Assembly: GCA_021613535.1 (NCBI GenBank)
Contig: CP075494.1
Location: 7,006,001-7,070,000 of the forward strand
Source of the DNA: Adineta vaga
Taxonomy: Eukaryota > Animalia > Rotifera
Reading direction: 5' to 3'
DNA: 64,000 bases
Shown here in pieces: positions 11,304 to 25,900 of this stretch (position 1 is the stretch's first letter; each line of letters opens with the position of its first letter). The position numbers and the translations under genes were made by a program. The notes under the pieces are model-generated. The model searched no databases. It had not been told where the DNA came from and saw only the letters and a list, made by a program, of their open reading frames with translations.

Positions 11304-12307
11304 CTAACCAATGACAACGGTACTTTCATCTTTAAATATATATTGAGGAACTTCTAGATTCAATGGTGCAGGTCCTTTACGTACACGCCCAGATGCATCA
11401 TAATGTGAACCATGACATGGACAATAATATCCACCAAAATCTCCGGCATTTGCAATTGGAATGCAACCTAAGAAAGAAAAGAAGGTCAGTAAATGAATTC
11501 AACTAGTTCTATAATCAAATCGTACCAAGATGGGTGCAAATACCAACCACAATTAACCATTCGGGTTTTTTTACACGTTCAGAATCATTTTGTGGATCAC
11601 GTAGTTGGCTAACATTAACACCTTCTTCTCGTGCAATTTCTTCTGGTGTACGATGACGAACAAAGATTGGTTTGTTACGCCACTCAAAAACAGCATTTTT
11701 TCCTTCAGGTACAGCATCAAGACTAATTTCTACTTTTGCAAGTGACATAACATCTTTTGCTGGACCAACATAAGTAACAATATCTCGAATAATATATTTA
11801 GTCATATATGCTGATGTTATAGCCATACCTATCAATAAATAAGTAAAGCAATGATTTTTTGCATGAATACTTTTGACAAAATGTCAATTTACCAAGTGGA
11901 GTTAAATATGAATATGGTGATGTATTATCACCAGCTTCTCGATATGATTTTGATGGATCTAAACGTGCTTTTCGTCGATAATAATCAAAATTTGGTACTT
12001 GAATATCGGTATGAGCATGACGAACACTAAGAGAAGCTAAATTAGAAGAATATAGAAGAATATTAGTGTTTTGTTAACGTAACAAATACATACTAGTAAG
12101 ACCGGTAGTAATCGCAGCATTTCCACGTAATAAATGTTTATTCATTGAAAAAAATGTTTTTGGTGTTGTTGTTTTTGGTACAGCAATATGCGTATGTTCA
12201 TCATCATGATGATCATCTTCAATTTTCATCGGTATTGGTCTTGCTACTTGTCGAACTAGATTTGTAGTCACTTGAGTGACTCGTCTGTTACACATTTGCA
12301 TGGCCAT
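11304..12307 (-). CDS. UQCRFS1: Cytochrome bc1 complex Rieske iron-sulfur subunit
   Basis: CTHLGC and [13 protein letters not shown] boxes, [24 protein letters not shown]; mitochondrial presequence; 4 coding exons. Confidence 0.97.
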
Positions 12308-12354
12308 ATCTGAAACGAAAAGAAAAGTTGTTCGCGCTTAATATATTAACAAAT

Positions 12355-12714
12355 ATGTCATTGTTCTATCTGATTGTATATATTGGTATTGGTGTAATTA
12401 TTCTCGGTTTGGATTTATTCTCTCGATGGATAAATCAAACATATCAAATACAGATTCGTACATGTCCGAATGGATTTTGTATTGAATTTAAACGAATAAC
12501 GAATATTCAAGTATTAACTTGGTTTGAAAATAGAATCAATCGTTTTATTGAAACATTCCATTCACTCAATAATCAATGTACAATAACACAATTGAATTGG
12601 AATTTTAATTTCATTTTTCTACCTCTTCGATATCTATGGTTAACTATCAGTATTTTATATTCTTGTTTTATTCTGAAACGTACGATGGTATTAAAAACCA
12701 AAGAATTAATCTAG
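12355..12714 (+). CDS. Hypothetical small two-TM protein, antisense and head-to-head with the Rieske gene
   Basis: 119-aa ORF with hydrophobic N- and C-terminal segments and a CPNGFC loop; AATAAA immediately after the stop. Confidence 0.45.
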   Translation: MSLFYLIVYIGIGVIILGLDLFSRWINQTYQIQIRTCPNGFCIEFKRITNIQVLTWFENRINRFIETFHSLNNQCTITQLNWNFNFIFLPLRYLWLTISILYSCFILKRTMVLKTKELI

Positions 12715-13368
12715 AAATAAACAAACATTGATTAGAAAAAATTTGCTTATTTTTTCGTTTAAATCTAGATTTTAGCTAAAGTTTGCAACAGAGCAAAAAC
12801 ATTCGCAACTTGATCTATTCATCATGAATATCAAGTAACGTAAATAAACTGACTCAGAAGGAAATTATCGACACTAATCTTACTTTTACATTTTATAACT
12901 ACATAAATTAACTCTACACATCTTTTCTGGGAAATGAGATTAGTAGTAGTAGTACATTTTCTCTCATGTTTCAGTCTTACTTTTTCGATGATATTTCCTA
13001 TTTGAGTACACTAACTATGTAAAATAGAATAGAATGATGACAGATGTTTTATAAAGAAGAATTTAGAAATGTCTCCATTTTTCGAATGACAAAGAAAAAC
13101 TGAAAAGTATTTCGCACAAACACAAAAAATTCTGTCTGTACTTTAAACGATTCAACGCAAAGATTGGGTTAGACTACCATTGATGTTGTAGCAAAGTCTT
13201 TAGATATTTACAGTAAACTACAAAAGCAAGTAATGCCATCTATCGACATTGCTTGAAATGAGTGCAATGTTACTTCGTTTACAAAAAGACAATATCAAAT
13301 ATGTAAATTCTATGGTTATACAAAAAAGCAAAATTCTTAACGTAAATATCATAGTTTTATTTGCATAG

Positions 13369-14948
13369 CTATGAAGATATACAATATGTCTGGCATGGTT
13401 TACGTTCAATGAAAAGATCAAAAACATTTATTAACATATACGTAGGTATAGCTCCCAATAATAATCCTAATTGAGCAGTTCCACCAAAATAAAACATTCC
13501 TTTATCATCATCCCATTCATTTTTAATACGGTTACCAATGATAATTCGTAAAAATGTACTGATTAATGACGTTAACAGCCAGATGACAATGATCATTGCA
13601 GCACCTTGAGTTGAATCCGCTAGCCATGGACATGGACTTTGCTTCGCAATGATAAAAATCATTGCCGAAAGAACGCAAACAAATATTGATTGAATTACAA
13701 TCATAGTATTCGATAGAGACTTCCAAAAGAGACTCACTACTAATGCAAGTGGTTGAATGCCTGGAATAAGAATACTCCAATAGTAGAATGCTTTTTGACC
13801 AAAAGGAAGCAAAGCATAAGTATTCAATGATGGTAAACATCCGAATGAAATAGTTGTATTCACTATATTGATGATCAGTAACAGACTAAAAGTACGTCGT
13901 GACATTGTTTGAGTATTTTTTGAGAATGATAACGATTTTGCATCAGTAACCATAGGCATATTCTCTTCATTGATAATATTTGTATTTGATTTGACTATAT
14001 CACAAGTATTCTATCATAAGAAAACATATAGATGAAAGGTACAATTCTCAAGTATATTAATATTTATGATTTACTTACTGGTTGTGTCGCATTTGCTAAT
14101 ATGATTATATTTGTCCATCGAAGAAGAATAAATGCAATGAGCGACGCAGTAATAATACCCGCAATACAAAACATGAAAGTTCTAACACTAAAACGTGGTT
14201 GTGTATAACTTGCTTGAACAGTAGTAGTATTATTTATTTGTGTACATATTGTTTCACCGCCTACACCTTGCGCAATTATCAATAGCGTAGGAATCACAGA
14301 TGTTAATGCTTCACCTAAGAAAACAGCTTTTAAATAATGAGTTCGAAAGCGCTTCATATAATCGAAAAATACTAAAGATGATGTACAATCCAGCATTGAT
14401 AGAACACAAAAACAGCTCAGTAACCATACACTTCGTTGGCGACCAAATATAAATGCCGTTTGTTGCCAAAAGATTGCTAACAAAATACAAGCAATGATTC
14501 CAATAATAATAATCATATAAATATAAGGAATCTCGGAGAATCGTTTCCGTTGTCGCCAACGTAAGATTACTACAATAATGGGAACTATATTTGCTGCACA
14601 AATACATATCGATGCAATTGATGGTAGAGTCCATCTTTCTGGAGTAAATGGAACAATAACTGGTATTTCAACAAATAACCCTTGTATATCGATCCATGCA
14701 CTTAAATTCATGATTGTAATCAAGATAAAACATACAGTTGAAGCCCATTGTTCCGACGTCCGTCTATTTGCAATCGATTAAAAACTATTATAATGATATT
14801 GAAAAAATCTACTACTATACATTTGATTTTACTCAACTGATTTTTAGTATCTGATCTATAGAAATACATACTCTTTGACTGGTGGAATAGTTTGTCGATA
14901 AACTGGTTCTTCTGTATCATTTTGATTGAAATGTGCATTCAAAATCAT
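13369..14948 (-). CDS. SLC52A: Riboflavin transporter (SLC52 family)
   Basis: SAWIDIQGLFVEIPVIVPFTPERWTLPS, LDCTSSLVFFDYM, FLGEALTSVIP, GCLPSLNTYALLPFG, QSPCP, GGTAQLGLLLGA; first exon MILNAHFNQNDTEEPVYRQTIPPVKE reconstructed across an intron. Confidence 0.9.
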
Positions 14949-15712
14949 TGAAACTCACTTTCCTAATTCACCTTGAGCGACTATTACAAAGCTAGTGTCT
15001 AATACTCTTTGCTTTATTCTAGTCATCAAAGAGATATCAAGAACATGTGGTTTGAAATTGATAAGAGCAAATAGAAGAAACGATAAGAACAACTAAGACA
15101 GTTGATGGCATGAGCTGTATACTCGACATAAATCATAATACTTTTCTAATTACACACGACTGAAGTCATACCTGAGAATACGAAATAGATATTTTTCGTA
15201 CATGATTTAGTTTGGATTCAGTATTTGAACGTGTTTATAATCAAACAAAACTGTATATTCCAGATATATAGATAAATTGATGTAGTGACTTATAATGCGT
15301 TGAACCATGACCATACTTCATACATATTCATATTGCAGTAGAATTGTGCAATAAATGACGATCGCAAAGATAATGCATGATTTTAAGCAAGACTAATATC
15401 GAATTATTTTTGTATATCATATAGTGAAAATGGTACTAGTTTATGGAAGAGATATCTTGTAGTGCTCTACTTGCCGAACACAATGTTTTTCATGATCTAT
15501 GTATCATAATGTAGAAATATTAGTCACATACATTTCTCTATGATACATGTTCTATGGATCGATAATGACAGTGTTTATTTGCACATGTGAGTCAGTATTC
15601 TAATAGAGAAGATAACAAGTTTCAGAATAAATACTATAAACTTGTTATAAACATATTACCTATTTACATACATTCAATTAATCATTTGTGAACAGAATAT
15701 CAAAAACTAAAA

Positions 15713-16225
15713 ATGGCTCATGGTTTAGCTGAACTTATTATCAACGTTGGTCTCTGGACTGTTCAAGGAGTCTGTCTAGCTGCCGAAATAACCGATAAAA
15801 TCAAATCTGATGAGAAAAAAAACGATCTTAGTCGACATAAAAGATCATTACCTTCACTAATCTCGACTAGTGAATCTCCGCGAGCAGTACTCATTGAATC
15901 AAGTTCCGCAAGTTTTGGACATGATTGTGAACGTGCTATTAACATCGGATTTAAAACGAGTCAAACATTTCCATCTATGATGGGAACTTGTGCTGATATT
16001 GATGAATATTTACGTAAAGAATTAAATAAACTCTATCCTCAAGAATATTTTTATATAATAATTGGTGAAAATAATGCTTTTGGGTTTTCGGTGGATGCTG
16101 GTCAACATTTTGTGGAAGCTTTATATGGTAAATATCGAGTACTGATCTTTTCAACAAAGAAAAATCCGCAAACAAAATTCGATACACATGATGCTAATAG
16201 TCAAATGACCTTCAAATGGAAATAA
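15713..16225 (+). CDS. Dynein light chain (LC8)-like domain protein, paralogue 1
   Basis: ADIDEYLRKELNKLYPQEYFYIIIGENNAFGFSVDAGQHFVEALYGKYRVLIFST aligns by eye with the LC8 core [52 protein letters not shown]; intronless. Confidence 0.65.
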   Translation: MAHGLAELIINVGLWTVQGVCLAAEITDKIKSDEKKNDLSRHKRSLPSLISTSESPRAVLIESSSASFGHDCERAINIGFKTSQTFPSMMGTCADIDEYLRKELNKLYPQEYFYIIIGENNAFGFSVDAGQHFVEALYGKYRVLIFSTKKNPQTKFDTHDANSQMTFKWK

Positions 16226-16587
16226 ATACATGTTACGTTTTATATGTTAAAAATATTTTTCACATAATACATTTTATGAGATTATATGTACTATTTTGGA
16301 GAATAAATTTTCTTGCAAATACAGATATTATTTCAAAGTTCGTTGATTTTTACTATTGATAAACTCCGACACGACGACCGTTGCATGTTTAAGCTGCTCA
16401 ATTTTATTGACAGGATATTCATGTGATACGAGATAGACGAAATTGTTATCAGAAGAAAAGTGTGTCATTTAAACAATAAACAGATAACAAGAGTTAAATT
16501 CTGTGTAAAAGAAACACCAATAATATCAGAGTAAAGCAATCCTATTAACTGTGAGTGTCTTATTTTTCAAGAGAAGTTATCTCGCTG

Positions 16588-17093
16588 ATGGATAGAATTA
16601 TTGGTGAACTTTTCGGTCGAGCTTTAGTCGAAGTTATTGGTCTCGGCATAAATGCTGCAGTTCAGTCATACACATCCAATACTATTACTTCATCGGTACA
16701 ATCAAAAACGAAGCAATTAGATGCACCATCTTCGATATGCATTGCACATCGACGTGCCATTGTCACTGCTTCGAGTACAATTTCATTTGGTAATGATTGT
16801 GAACGTCTTGTCAATATAGCATATCAAACTAGTCAAACATTTCCAACAATGATGAGTAGTTATGCTGATGTGAGTGATTATCTACGTAAAGAACTTGCTA
16901 AACAATATCCAGAAGAATATTTCCATATTATTATTGGTGAAAATGAAATGTTTGGATATTCTGTGAAGATCAATATTTTGCTGAAATTCAACAGGATCAA
17001 TATCGATTATTAATTTTTTCAATTAAACGAAATCCATCGATTAAATCAGATGTACATGATGCAAATAGTCAGATGTCATTTGTATGGAATTAA
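16588..17093 (+). CDS. Dynein light chain-like domain protein, paralogue 2 (frameshift at about 16964)
   Basis: Shares SFGxDCERxxNIxxxTSQTFPxMM and YLRKELxKxYP with paralogue 1; after GYSV the homologous tail EDQYFAEIQQDQYRLLIFSIKRNPSIKSDVHDANSQMSFVWN continues in another frame. Confidence 0.65.
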
Positions 17094-17520
17094 ACCTTAA
17101 CATCCGAATATTCAAAAAAACAAAGAAAAAAAATGTTGTATACTTAATTAAATGTTTCTTCTATAACTTGTAACCTTTTCAAAAGTTTCATTTAACATGT
17201 AAATATATGCGTGTATGCCATAAAGGAAAACAAGGAAATAATAACAGAAATAATAACAACAAACAAAAAAAAACAAGAGGAAAAAAAATAAACAAATGAA
17301 ATCAAGAATGATATTGACTCGAAAGTCAAAATACAAAGTATATGGAATTTTCTCTTTTTTTTTTGAACAAAACATAAACACACATAAAGTAACTCTGCTG
17401 CTACCTGAGGCGACTAGATCAAAGAAACGAAAGAACAAAAGTAAGCAAAAACAAACAAAAATAACACACAAACAACTGTTACATGCGCCCTTCTTTACAC
17501 TCCTCACTCGCTATTATCTT

Positions 17521-20500
17521 TTAAAGTGTTGTAATGATAGTCGATTGATTGAAAGGAATTGTTCCATTAAATCCTTCTTGTTTATTACTTGACATAGGTG
17601 ATAGAAGAATTGGATTGAGCAAATTTTTAATTGTATCACGTCGTTCACGTTCAGTAATTTGTTGAGATTTTCTTTGGTTTTCATTATTATTTGACGACAA
17701 ACGTGTCTTATATGTATTCAATAATTCGACATTCAATTGAGGAACCGTTTGATGTAAAACAAGATCAAGTTGAGTTTGATATTGATTATGCCATAATTCA
17801 TAAATATGACCAATTAATGAAATCATATTTGTATTTACACCTTCATTCTCATTATGTCGTTCAAGTCCTTTTAATAAATATTGAAAAAGAAGTTTAATAT
17901 CAAGTAATGAAAATGAATTCACAAGTTTATCAATAATATCCATATAAAGTTTAGTTAATGGAAGAATAATTGGCAAAAAACGATTAACACAATACGCATC
18001 AGGAAATGTTAAACATTCAAATAAAGTTTTAATAACATAAGAAAATAGACGTAAAGCAACGGATGAATCTAAATGAAAAGAAATTCTAATGTTTTGAATG
18101 AAAAAAAATTTCAATTCACTTACTTTGTCGTGCTAATTTTATCATATAATTAAATAAATCACTATATTCCATTTTTTCCTGTGAACCATTTAATAATTTA
18201 TTACAAATATTATTATTCGTTGTTTGTTCATCCCATTCATCAATTGGATCAGTTTCACCATTGATACCATTGGTTTCTTCACACATACTTTCACCATGAT
18301 GATGTCCGTTCATTGCTTTCGTCTTCTTCTGTTTAATTCCACATGATAATGAATTTGCTTGTGCAAGTAATGTTGGTTTATAAATAAAATATCGTATAAT
18401 ATCAACAAAATCACGTGTTAATAATACACAAACACATTCTTCAATAACTTCATCTATACATTCACCTTGTTGAAAATTCACAAATGTTGCTGTTAATAAA
18501 TTATTCCACATAGTTGTTAAACGTTGTTGCATATAGGAAAAGAAAATATCCAAAAATGAAAGAAATAATTCATTGATTATTTCTTTATCTAATTTTTCCA
18601 TTGAACAAAAATGTTCAACAAATGAACGACAAAAATGTCGTAAAACAATTCGAAGACGAAATGATGGAAGAGTATTTAAATTTTCGAAGAGAATCTTTTG
18701 TAAGAATGATGTAAGAAAATAATTTTCACCATTCATTTTCAAATAATATAATTCTGGATCATGAGCAAAGAACATGCCATTGATTTGATAACATATATCA
18801 AATAATCGATGAAGATAATCACGAAGACGTTGATCATCTTGAATTGTACTCGTTACATTTAATTGAAAACGAATAAAACTCACAGGTAGACTTGATGGTA
18901 TCGTTCTAAAGATAAAATCAAATTTTCTTAGATCCAAAAATGAAGCATCTTGTTTTTTTTTCAACTTACGTTGATGTTATTGTTGCTTTAGCCATATTAT
19001 TACTTTCATACGTTCCAAGATAGAGTTGTTTTTCTGTTTCACTATAGGTTAAATGATTTTTTAATGTTTCATAGAAAGGATTCATTTGTTGATCATATAA
19101 TTGATTGCAAAATTGTGTTACTTTGATTATATAATCAAATAGAATAGGTCGAAGACAGATAGCAATTTTTGAACGTAAAATAGCATTCAATTGTTGTTGT
19201 TGTTGTTTAGAATAACGTATTAATAAACATAAGCAATGTAAAGCAAGCATTAAATTTCGTCGTCGATGTCGTATTATATTCATGTCAATAGTTTCATTTG
19301 TACATAAATCAAGATATTGAATAAATGGTGTTAAAGAATCAACTGTTAATGATGTCACTAATGTTTCATAAATTGGTTTAACAAGTTCATAGAATGCTTC
19401 AAGTTGTGTTGAATCATTATCATGTATTAATTTATAATAGAGTAACGTTTGAGCTGCATCGAGTAATTTCAATGCTGGACAGGAAGATTCATCGATAGTT
19501 ATTGATAATGATGTTTTTGTAATTTGAAATTCATCTTTATAAAGTTGACAAAGAAATGGAAATAATTCCGAATAATAATCTATCATTTTAATCGTGAAAT
19601 TTTTACAGAGATATAGAAAAGCATTCGATGCTTGTGTTTGCATAATTTCACATTCATTTACATTTGTACCAGCTAGACAAGAGAAAAATAAATTACAAGA
19701 GAGAAAGTAAAATGATAATTTAGTCTTACCAATTGATTGTTGTTGATAAAGTTGAAATGTTGTTAAAAGACGTTGAATAATTTGTATTGATAATGATGGA
19801 TCATGTTGAGTTATAAAAAACATTACAGATAGTAAATTTAGAACATGTCCATGTATGTGTTCACTTAAATTTGGTGTAAATTGTAAGAGAAATCTTAATG
19901 TACGAAGAAATTGTTCTTTCATCGTTGTTGTCATCAGAAGTTCTTCCATTTTTAGTTGAGATTTAATTGTTAATGTTGAAGAAGAAAATAATTCTTTTCG
20001 AACAATAAATAAAACATGATCAATTAATAAATAAAATGCTTCCCATTCAATAATTAAATAAATAGAAGATAAGGAAGTTGACATTTGATTATCAGTTTTA
20101 TTCGGTGTACGTTGAACAAGAGATTCGAGACAAGCAAGTAAACTTTGAAGAATTGATTTTAAACATGACATATTTGTTTCAATCACAATCGAACGTTCTA
20201 AATAAAACGTAGAAATTAAATTTAATTAACACAAAGAATTCAATCTTACCTGCAGTTGTTTCGGGAAAGAACATTCCAATAAATGATTTAATTAATTTTT
20301 GTAATTCTGTACGATATTGAGAGAAAAATTTCCAAAAAAATTGTTCTTCACTATCGTATTCATATAATGCATAGATATAACATTGTTGATTTTGTGTAAA
20401 TTGTTTCTTTAAAACTTCATTATCAGTTTCTGTAAGTACGGTTGATGAAGAAAAATGCACACGATGTAATGATTGTTTTAAATTTTCGACTAATTTCAAA

Positions 20501-21834
20501 CAGAATTGTTCGTTTGATAATAATGTTGGTTGACGAATAATAAATGCATTTAATGCTTGATAAGAATTTAATGATAATAGATGAAATGGATGTTGATTTA
20601 ATAGGAGAAGAAATTGTAAGAATGAACGTGTTCGTTCATTGGCAAATGTTAAAAATTGATCATCATCAATGGATTGTGTTGCTAATTGATGAAATAATTG
20701 TAATAAATAATTAGCAAGTTTAACAAGAAGTTGACCAAGCATTTTCAAGCAATTTAAATGATCATTAGTTACGATCGTACGTAATTGTTCAATTGAATCC
20801 TACACAATAAAAAGTAGTTTAGTTAAAACAGAAGAGTATCTTACTGTTGGACTTAATAGAAGTCGATAGAACATTTCTAAAGTTGAATCACCCAACAAAT
20901 AATTAAGAAAAAGTTTTTCTTGTTGACAATTTAATGCTGCTGATGGTAATAATGCAATACGTTTGTTACGTTGCTGTTGTTGTTGTTGTAATTGTCGTTT
21001 TGCTAAACGTTTATTAACAAGACTTAGTAAACATTCAAATGAAGCATGTCGTAATTTAACTGAATTGAGTTGAAAAAATTTTAAAAATAATTCACAAAGA
21101 AAGTTTTCATACTGTTCAAAATGATTATATTCTACCCAGAGAAGAAAACTATTCACAGCTAATAAACATGTTTGAGTTAAACGTTCACGTTGTTCTGTTT
21201 GAACAAATAAATCATTTGATATACGAATTAAACATGGTAAAATATCATTTAAACGTTTTTGTAATTGATTTAAGATTTGTCGACGACGATGAATTTGTAT
21301 CGATTGTGCATAGATTGTTAATTCTTCATTTAAAAATCGATAAACAAGTAAAATTAATTCTAATTGAGTAGAATTATTCTCTTCAATTTGACCGAAACTT
21401 TGTGTCATAAGAACAATTTCTTCCAATGTTGTATTCACTTTATCAAAACAATCACGTTTTATCATTTCAACTAAACATCTTGCCAAAGAATTTCGAATAT
21501 AAATTGGATCCATAAATGTTTGATTTAAACATGAACTTTTGATTAAAATAAATAATTGTTCTTTTACAAGATTTTTTTCATCAGGTTTTAATAAATTCCA
21601 TTTATGTTTTACTATGGATTCAATTAAATGTATACCATAATGATGTAATAATGAATCATTATTTGTTTGTTGTTTTAATAATTCAAAACCAATTGTTAGA
21701 CATATTAATGGATGATTTTCTTTAAGATCTTCAAGAAATTTCAATGCATATTGTTTATCATGATTACTTGTTGTTGGATTAAATGAGCAAAGAACAGCTG
21801 CTATAACACGTTGAAAAAGTTCATTTGTAAACAT
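17521..21834 (-). CDS. XPO5: Exportin-5
   Basis: N-terminus (VIAAVLCSFNP..KQYALKFLEDLKENHPLICLTIGFELL..HHYGIHLIESIVKHKWN) matches the XPO5 IBN_N pattern; HEAT-like helical protein; 6 exons splice in frame; exact 3' end less certain. Confidence 0.85.
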
Positions 21835-22998
21835 GATTGTTTCTTGAGCGATCTTTTTTGGAGTCTAAAAAGGAAATAGAAAGAATATGTTAATGAATTA
21901 TAATGGTTTATTTCTACTTGTTCTCCAAAGAGATCATTTGAATAGTTTGTTTTAGATAATTGATCGATCATCATTGTAATCAAGTGATATTAACGTGTGT
22001 ATCAAGACGGTTTAAGTGTATTTTAAACCAAGTAAAAACTAAGTCAATCATACGTCGTTTTATTCATTCATTTTATGTTGTATTTTGAGCCATATTCTGA
22101 AATGGAAATGAGGAGATAGTCGTGTTTTATATGAAAGGAAGTGTGTGTATATGATGACGTAGAATTAAGCAAGATGTGTATTTAGTGTACAAATATGATG
22201 CAATTCATGAATGCATTGCACTTAGTTGCAGTTCTGTTGTTGATGGTTTGTTTTTCTCAGGTGATCAAAACAAGAGAACAACAAAATACATGTGAGCTTG
22301 ACGAGTATTTCTATATGAAGGAAGATAGAAACGAAAATGAATATTCGAATTTTGCAGTGTTGAGTAAATAGAGAAAGAAAGAAAAAAAGAACTATAAAAG
22401 ATTAAAAATAACGAGAACGCACAGATGTGTTCTTAGTAAAAGAACGAAAAGAGAGAAGGTCAACCAGCTGGCTTTTTCGAGCCAATAGTTGCAGATAACT
22501 AATCATATGAGTACATAGAGGAGAAAAGAAAAAAAAAGTTCAGTAGAGTACATATAGATATTATCATAGATATACCTCCGAACGAAATCCTATGATAAAA
22601 ACAGGAACCAATGATTATAAACAAGACGTTTTCTAATAAAGCGACATCTATTGAACGAATTTATTTCTCACGTTAAAATCCATTTCTCATTCATATTTTT
22701 TCAAAGACATTCAAAACTAATCTTTTCGAAATTTTCCTACTTAAATTCGCCACTATTCGTTTCATAAAAAACCAATTGGATATTATCCAAAGAATAAAAA
22801 ACAAATAACAAAATAGCGTCGTCGCATAATCAGAACAAAATATCCCATTAGATATATTAATTTTTAAGATATTCATTCTATTTTTATCTAAATCAAAAAA
22901 TGAATACGTGTCTTTAAAACAAGAATCGTTCGATGAATATTCCCTCTCATTTTTAATCTCATCTATTCAAATAATGTAAAAGAAAATCTACTCCGAGA

Positions 22999-25900
22999 AT
23001 GCCGAGTTCACCTCAACTTCATGATGATGATGATGATTTAAATGAAGATGTTTTCGACGATGATATCAATGGTCAATTAAATCATTCTTCGTCCGATATC
23101 AAACTACGACGAACAAGTAAATTAAATTTCAAATGAAACAGTTTTTTTCTATTTTTGTTTTCACGAAGATACAGATTCATCAAATTATCCAGTCATTCAT
23201 CGAGCTTTATCAACCGTCTCAGCTAATCAAACACTTGTGAATAATCAACGAAATGTATTAGCAAAAAATTTTCGTCGAATCTCAGTGAACGATGAAATTG
23301 TGACAATCGATCATACAGATGCTGATGCATCATTTCTCTTACCAAATCTCTTTGAATTACCAGATAATATTCGTACACGTGTGATGGATAGTCTTGTTGA
23401 TACACCAACAATGACAACATTAGAAGAAACAAGTATAAATAATTCATAAATTTTATTTTTGAAAGTTTTTGATTGAAATGTTTTTAGAACGTCTTAATTG
23501 GTGGGTAAATAAAAAATTACCTTGTCCAAAGTTATATCCACTTTTGACAAGTGGTGATGGAAATTGTCTACTACATGCTACATCTTTAGGTAAGTAAAGA
23601 GATTTTCATCAAAAAAAAAGTAAAAAATGTCTTAGTTATGATAAGAATTTAAAACATTTCAAGAATAATCAATTGCATATCTTTTCACAAAATTCTTAGC
23701 ATTGATAAAGTATCTAAAACGAACTATCTTGTTTTTTCGTGAAATAGTCAAGATCTAAGTTAGAAATGAAGATGGACACTTTAGTTCGTGATGAAAGAGT
23801 CGTAAGACATCTTTTAATATGATAATAATCAGTTGATTCATGTATTGTACGATGAGAAATTGATGTAGTAGAACATGAAAATGCAGCAATTAAGTTTCAC
23901 AAGACATACCTGTCATCAGCACACTTTTATAAAATAAAATAAAATGTATAGGAAAGAGTTGTATGTTTTCTATTAGGTAAAAAATAAGGTTTTTTCAAAT
24001 TTATTTAGCTATGTGGGGTTTTCATGATCATTCTCTATCAATGCGAAAAGCATTGAATGAAACAATGATTACATCGAAACCGAACAATTCACTTTATCGA
24101 CGGTGGCGTTGGGCTCAATATGTACAAAATAAAAAAGTAAGAAATCTATTCATAAGTATAAGAGAATAACAACGAATTGAAATCTGTTCTTTAGTATGGT
24201 CTTGTTTTTTCCGAACAAGAATGGAATGAAGAATGGAAAGGTTTATTAAGATTATCATCTGCTGAACCACGTGTATCACAAATAAATTCAAGAGAGAATT
24301 CATCGAATGTGAATCCTTCTACTGATGAGTATGTTATTTATCTACATTAGAATACTATTCATTTCTCCTCTCTAGAGTCAATCGTTCGAAATCATTACAA
24401 GCAGTTACATCAATTAATACGGGTGGTTCAACAAAATCTTCATCGCAATCAACTCGACAATATTATGAAAGTCTAGAAGAATTTCATGTTTATGTCTTAG
24501 CTAACAATATTCGTCGACCGATTATTGTTTATTCAGATACAGTCTTACGAACTAATGATGGGGAAGCAATTTCACCTATTGAATTCGGTGGAATTTATTT
24601 ACCATTAGGTAAGAGAAAGACATTTTTTAAAAAATGGATGATTCTGTATTGATCATCGTCTTCATAGAAATTCCACCTGAAAAATGTCACAAACAGCCTG
24701 TAAGTCATGACTTTTCTTCTTTCTGTCGTTTCATTTATTCTGTATTTGAATTATATCATTTAGGTTTTCCTGGCATTTGATGCTGCACATTTTTCAGCTC
24801 TTGTACCTATGGAACAAAATAGTAAACCGACAGCAAAAGGTAAATATACAAGATTTTCTGTCTTAGTTAGTCGATAGTTGTCGTATTGTAATGTTCTCTA
24901 GTTTAATGAGATAGTACCACTACGTACAGGATTAATTATATTTCTTTCATTTTACGAATCATTCTGTTTATCTTTAGTAACGACTTATCGTATTCCTTTA
25001 ATTGATATTGATGCAATTGATCTTCTGCCAATTCATTTTTTCATTGATCCTGGGCCTGATTTTGCATGGCCAATTGATGAAGAATTATCTGATGAAAAAA
25101 TTCATCTCTATACTCATTTTGGTGAAAGTCGAATGGAAACACTGGAAAAATATTTGAGTCTCTCAAAGGAAGTTTGTCCTCTAAATACTTTGATTCCTTC
25201 ACCAAATGGAACTGCAACTATTACTGATGAATTTTCATCTACAACAGATACTAATCATCCATCAGCAACAACTCTCACTACAGATGTATCTATATCAACT
25301 AATGAAACAAATTCAGTAACAACACCTGTGATTGTTAAAAAAGCTTCTCGCCCATCATTTAATTCATTTTCAAAGATTATTCGTCGAACGTTTATTGAAC
25401 CATTTTCATCGGGCAAACGATCTTCACTTAAACAACAACGACAACAGACGAATACCGATGTATCCGATACATCAATTATCACTGACAATGATAATATTCG
25501 TCGAACATCATCTCCATTACTCAATCGTCGAACAAATCATTTAACAATTATCGTTACTAATTTTCAACCAAAACGTCCTAAAACAAGTGATAATATGATT
25601 AAAAATTATATTGATACATGTATGAATGAATATCAACTTGAAAAAACTCCCAAACAATCGAATGAAATATCTTCTACAATGGAGAATGAAACGAATATAA
25701 CGAAAGATATTCATTCAGATCGAACTAATAATTCATCAGCGTCATCTTCTCAACATCAACCGACAATGTATCATCGATACCATCCACCAACCAATACTAA
25801 TCGAAATCAACAAATTATACCTTCGAATACGAATATGATTGAAAATCCATTAAGAAAATTACCATCTTTACCAGCTAGTTCATCAAATAAAGTTAATCCA

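Noticed and set aside
17148-17592. Phe-rich and Lys-rich ORFs downstream of XPO5
   Set aside because: This is A/T-tract 3' UTR sequence, not credible coding DNA.
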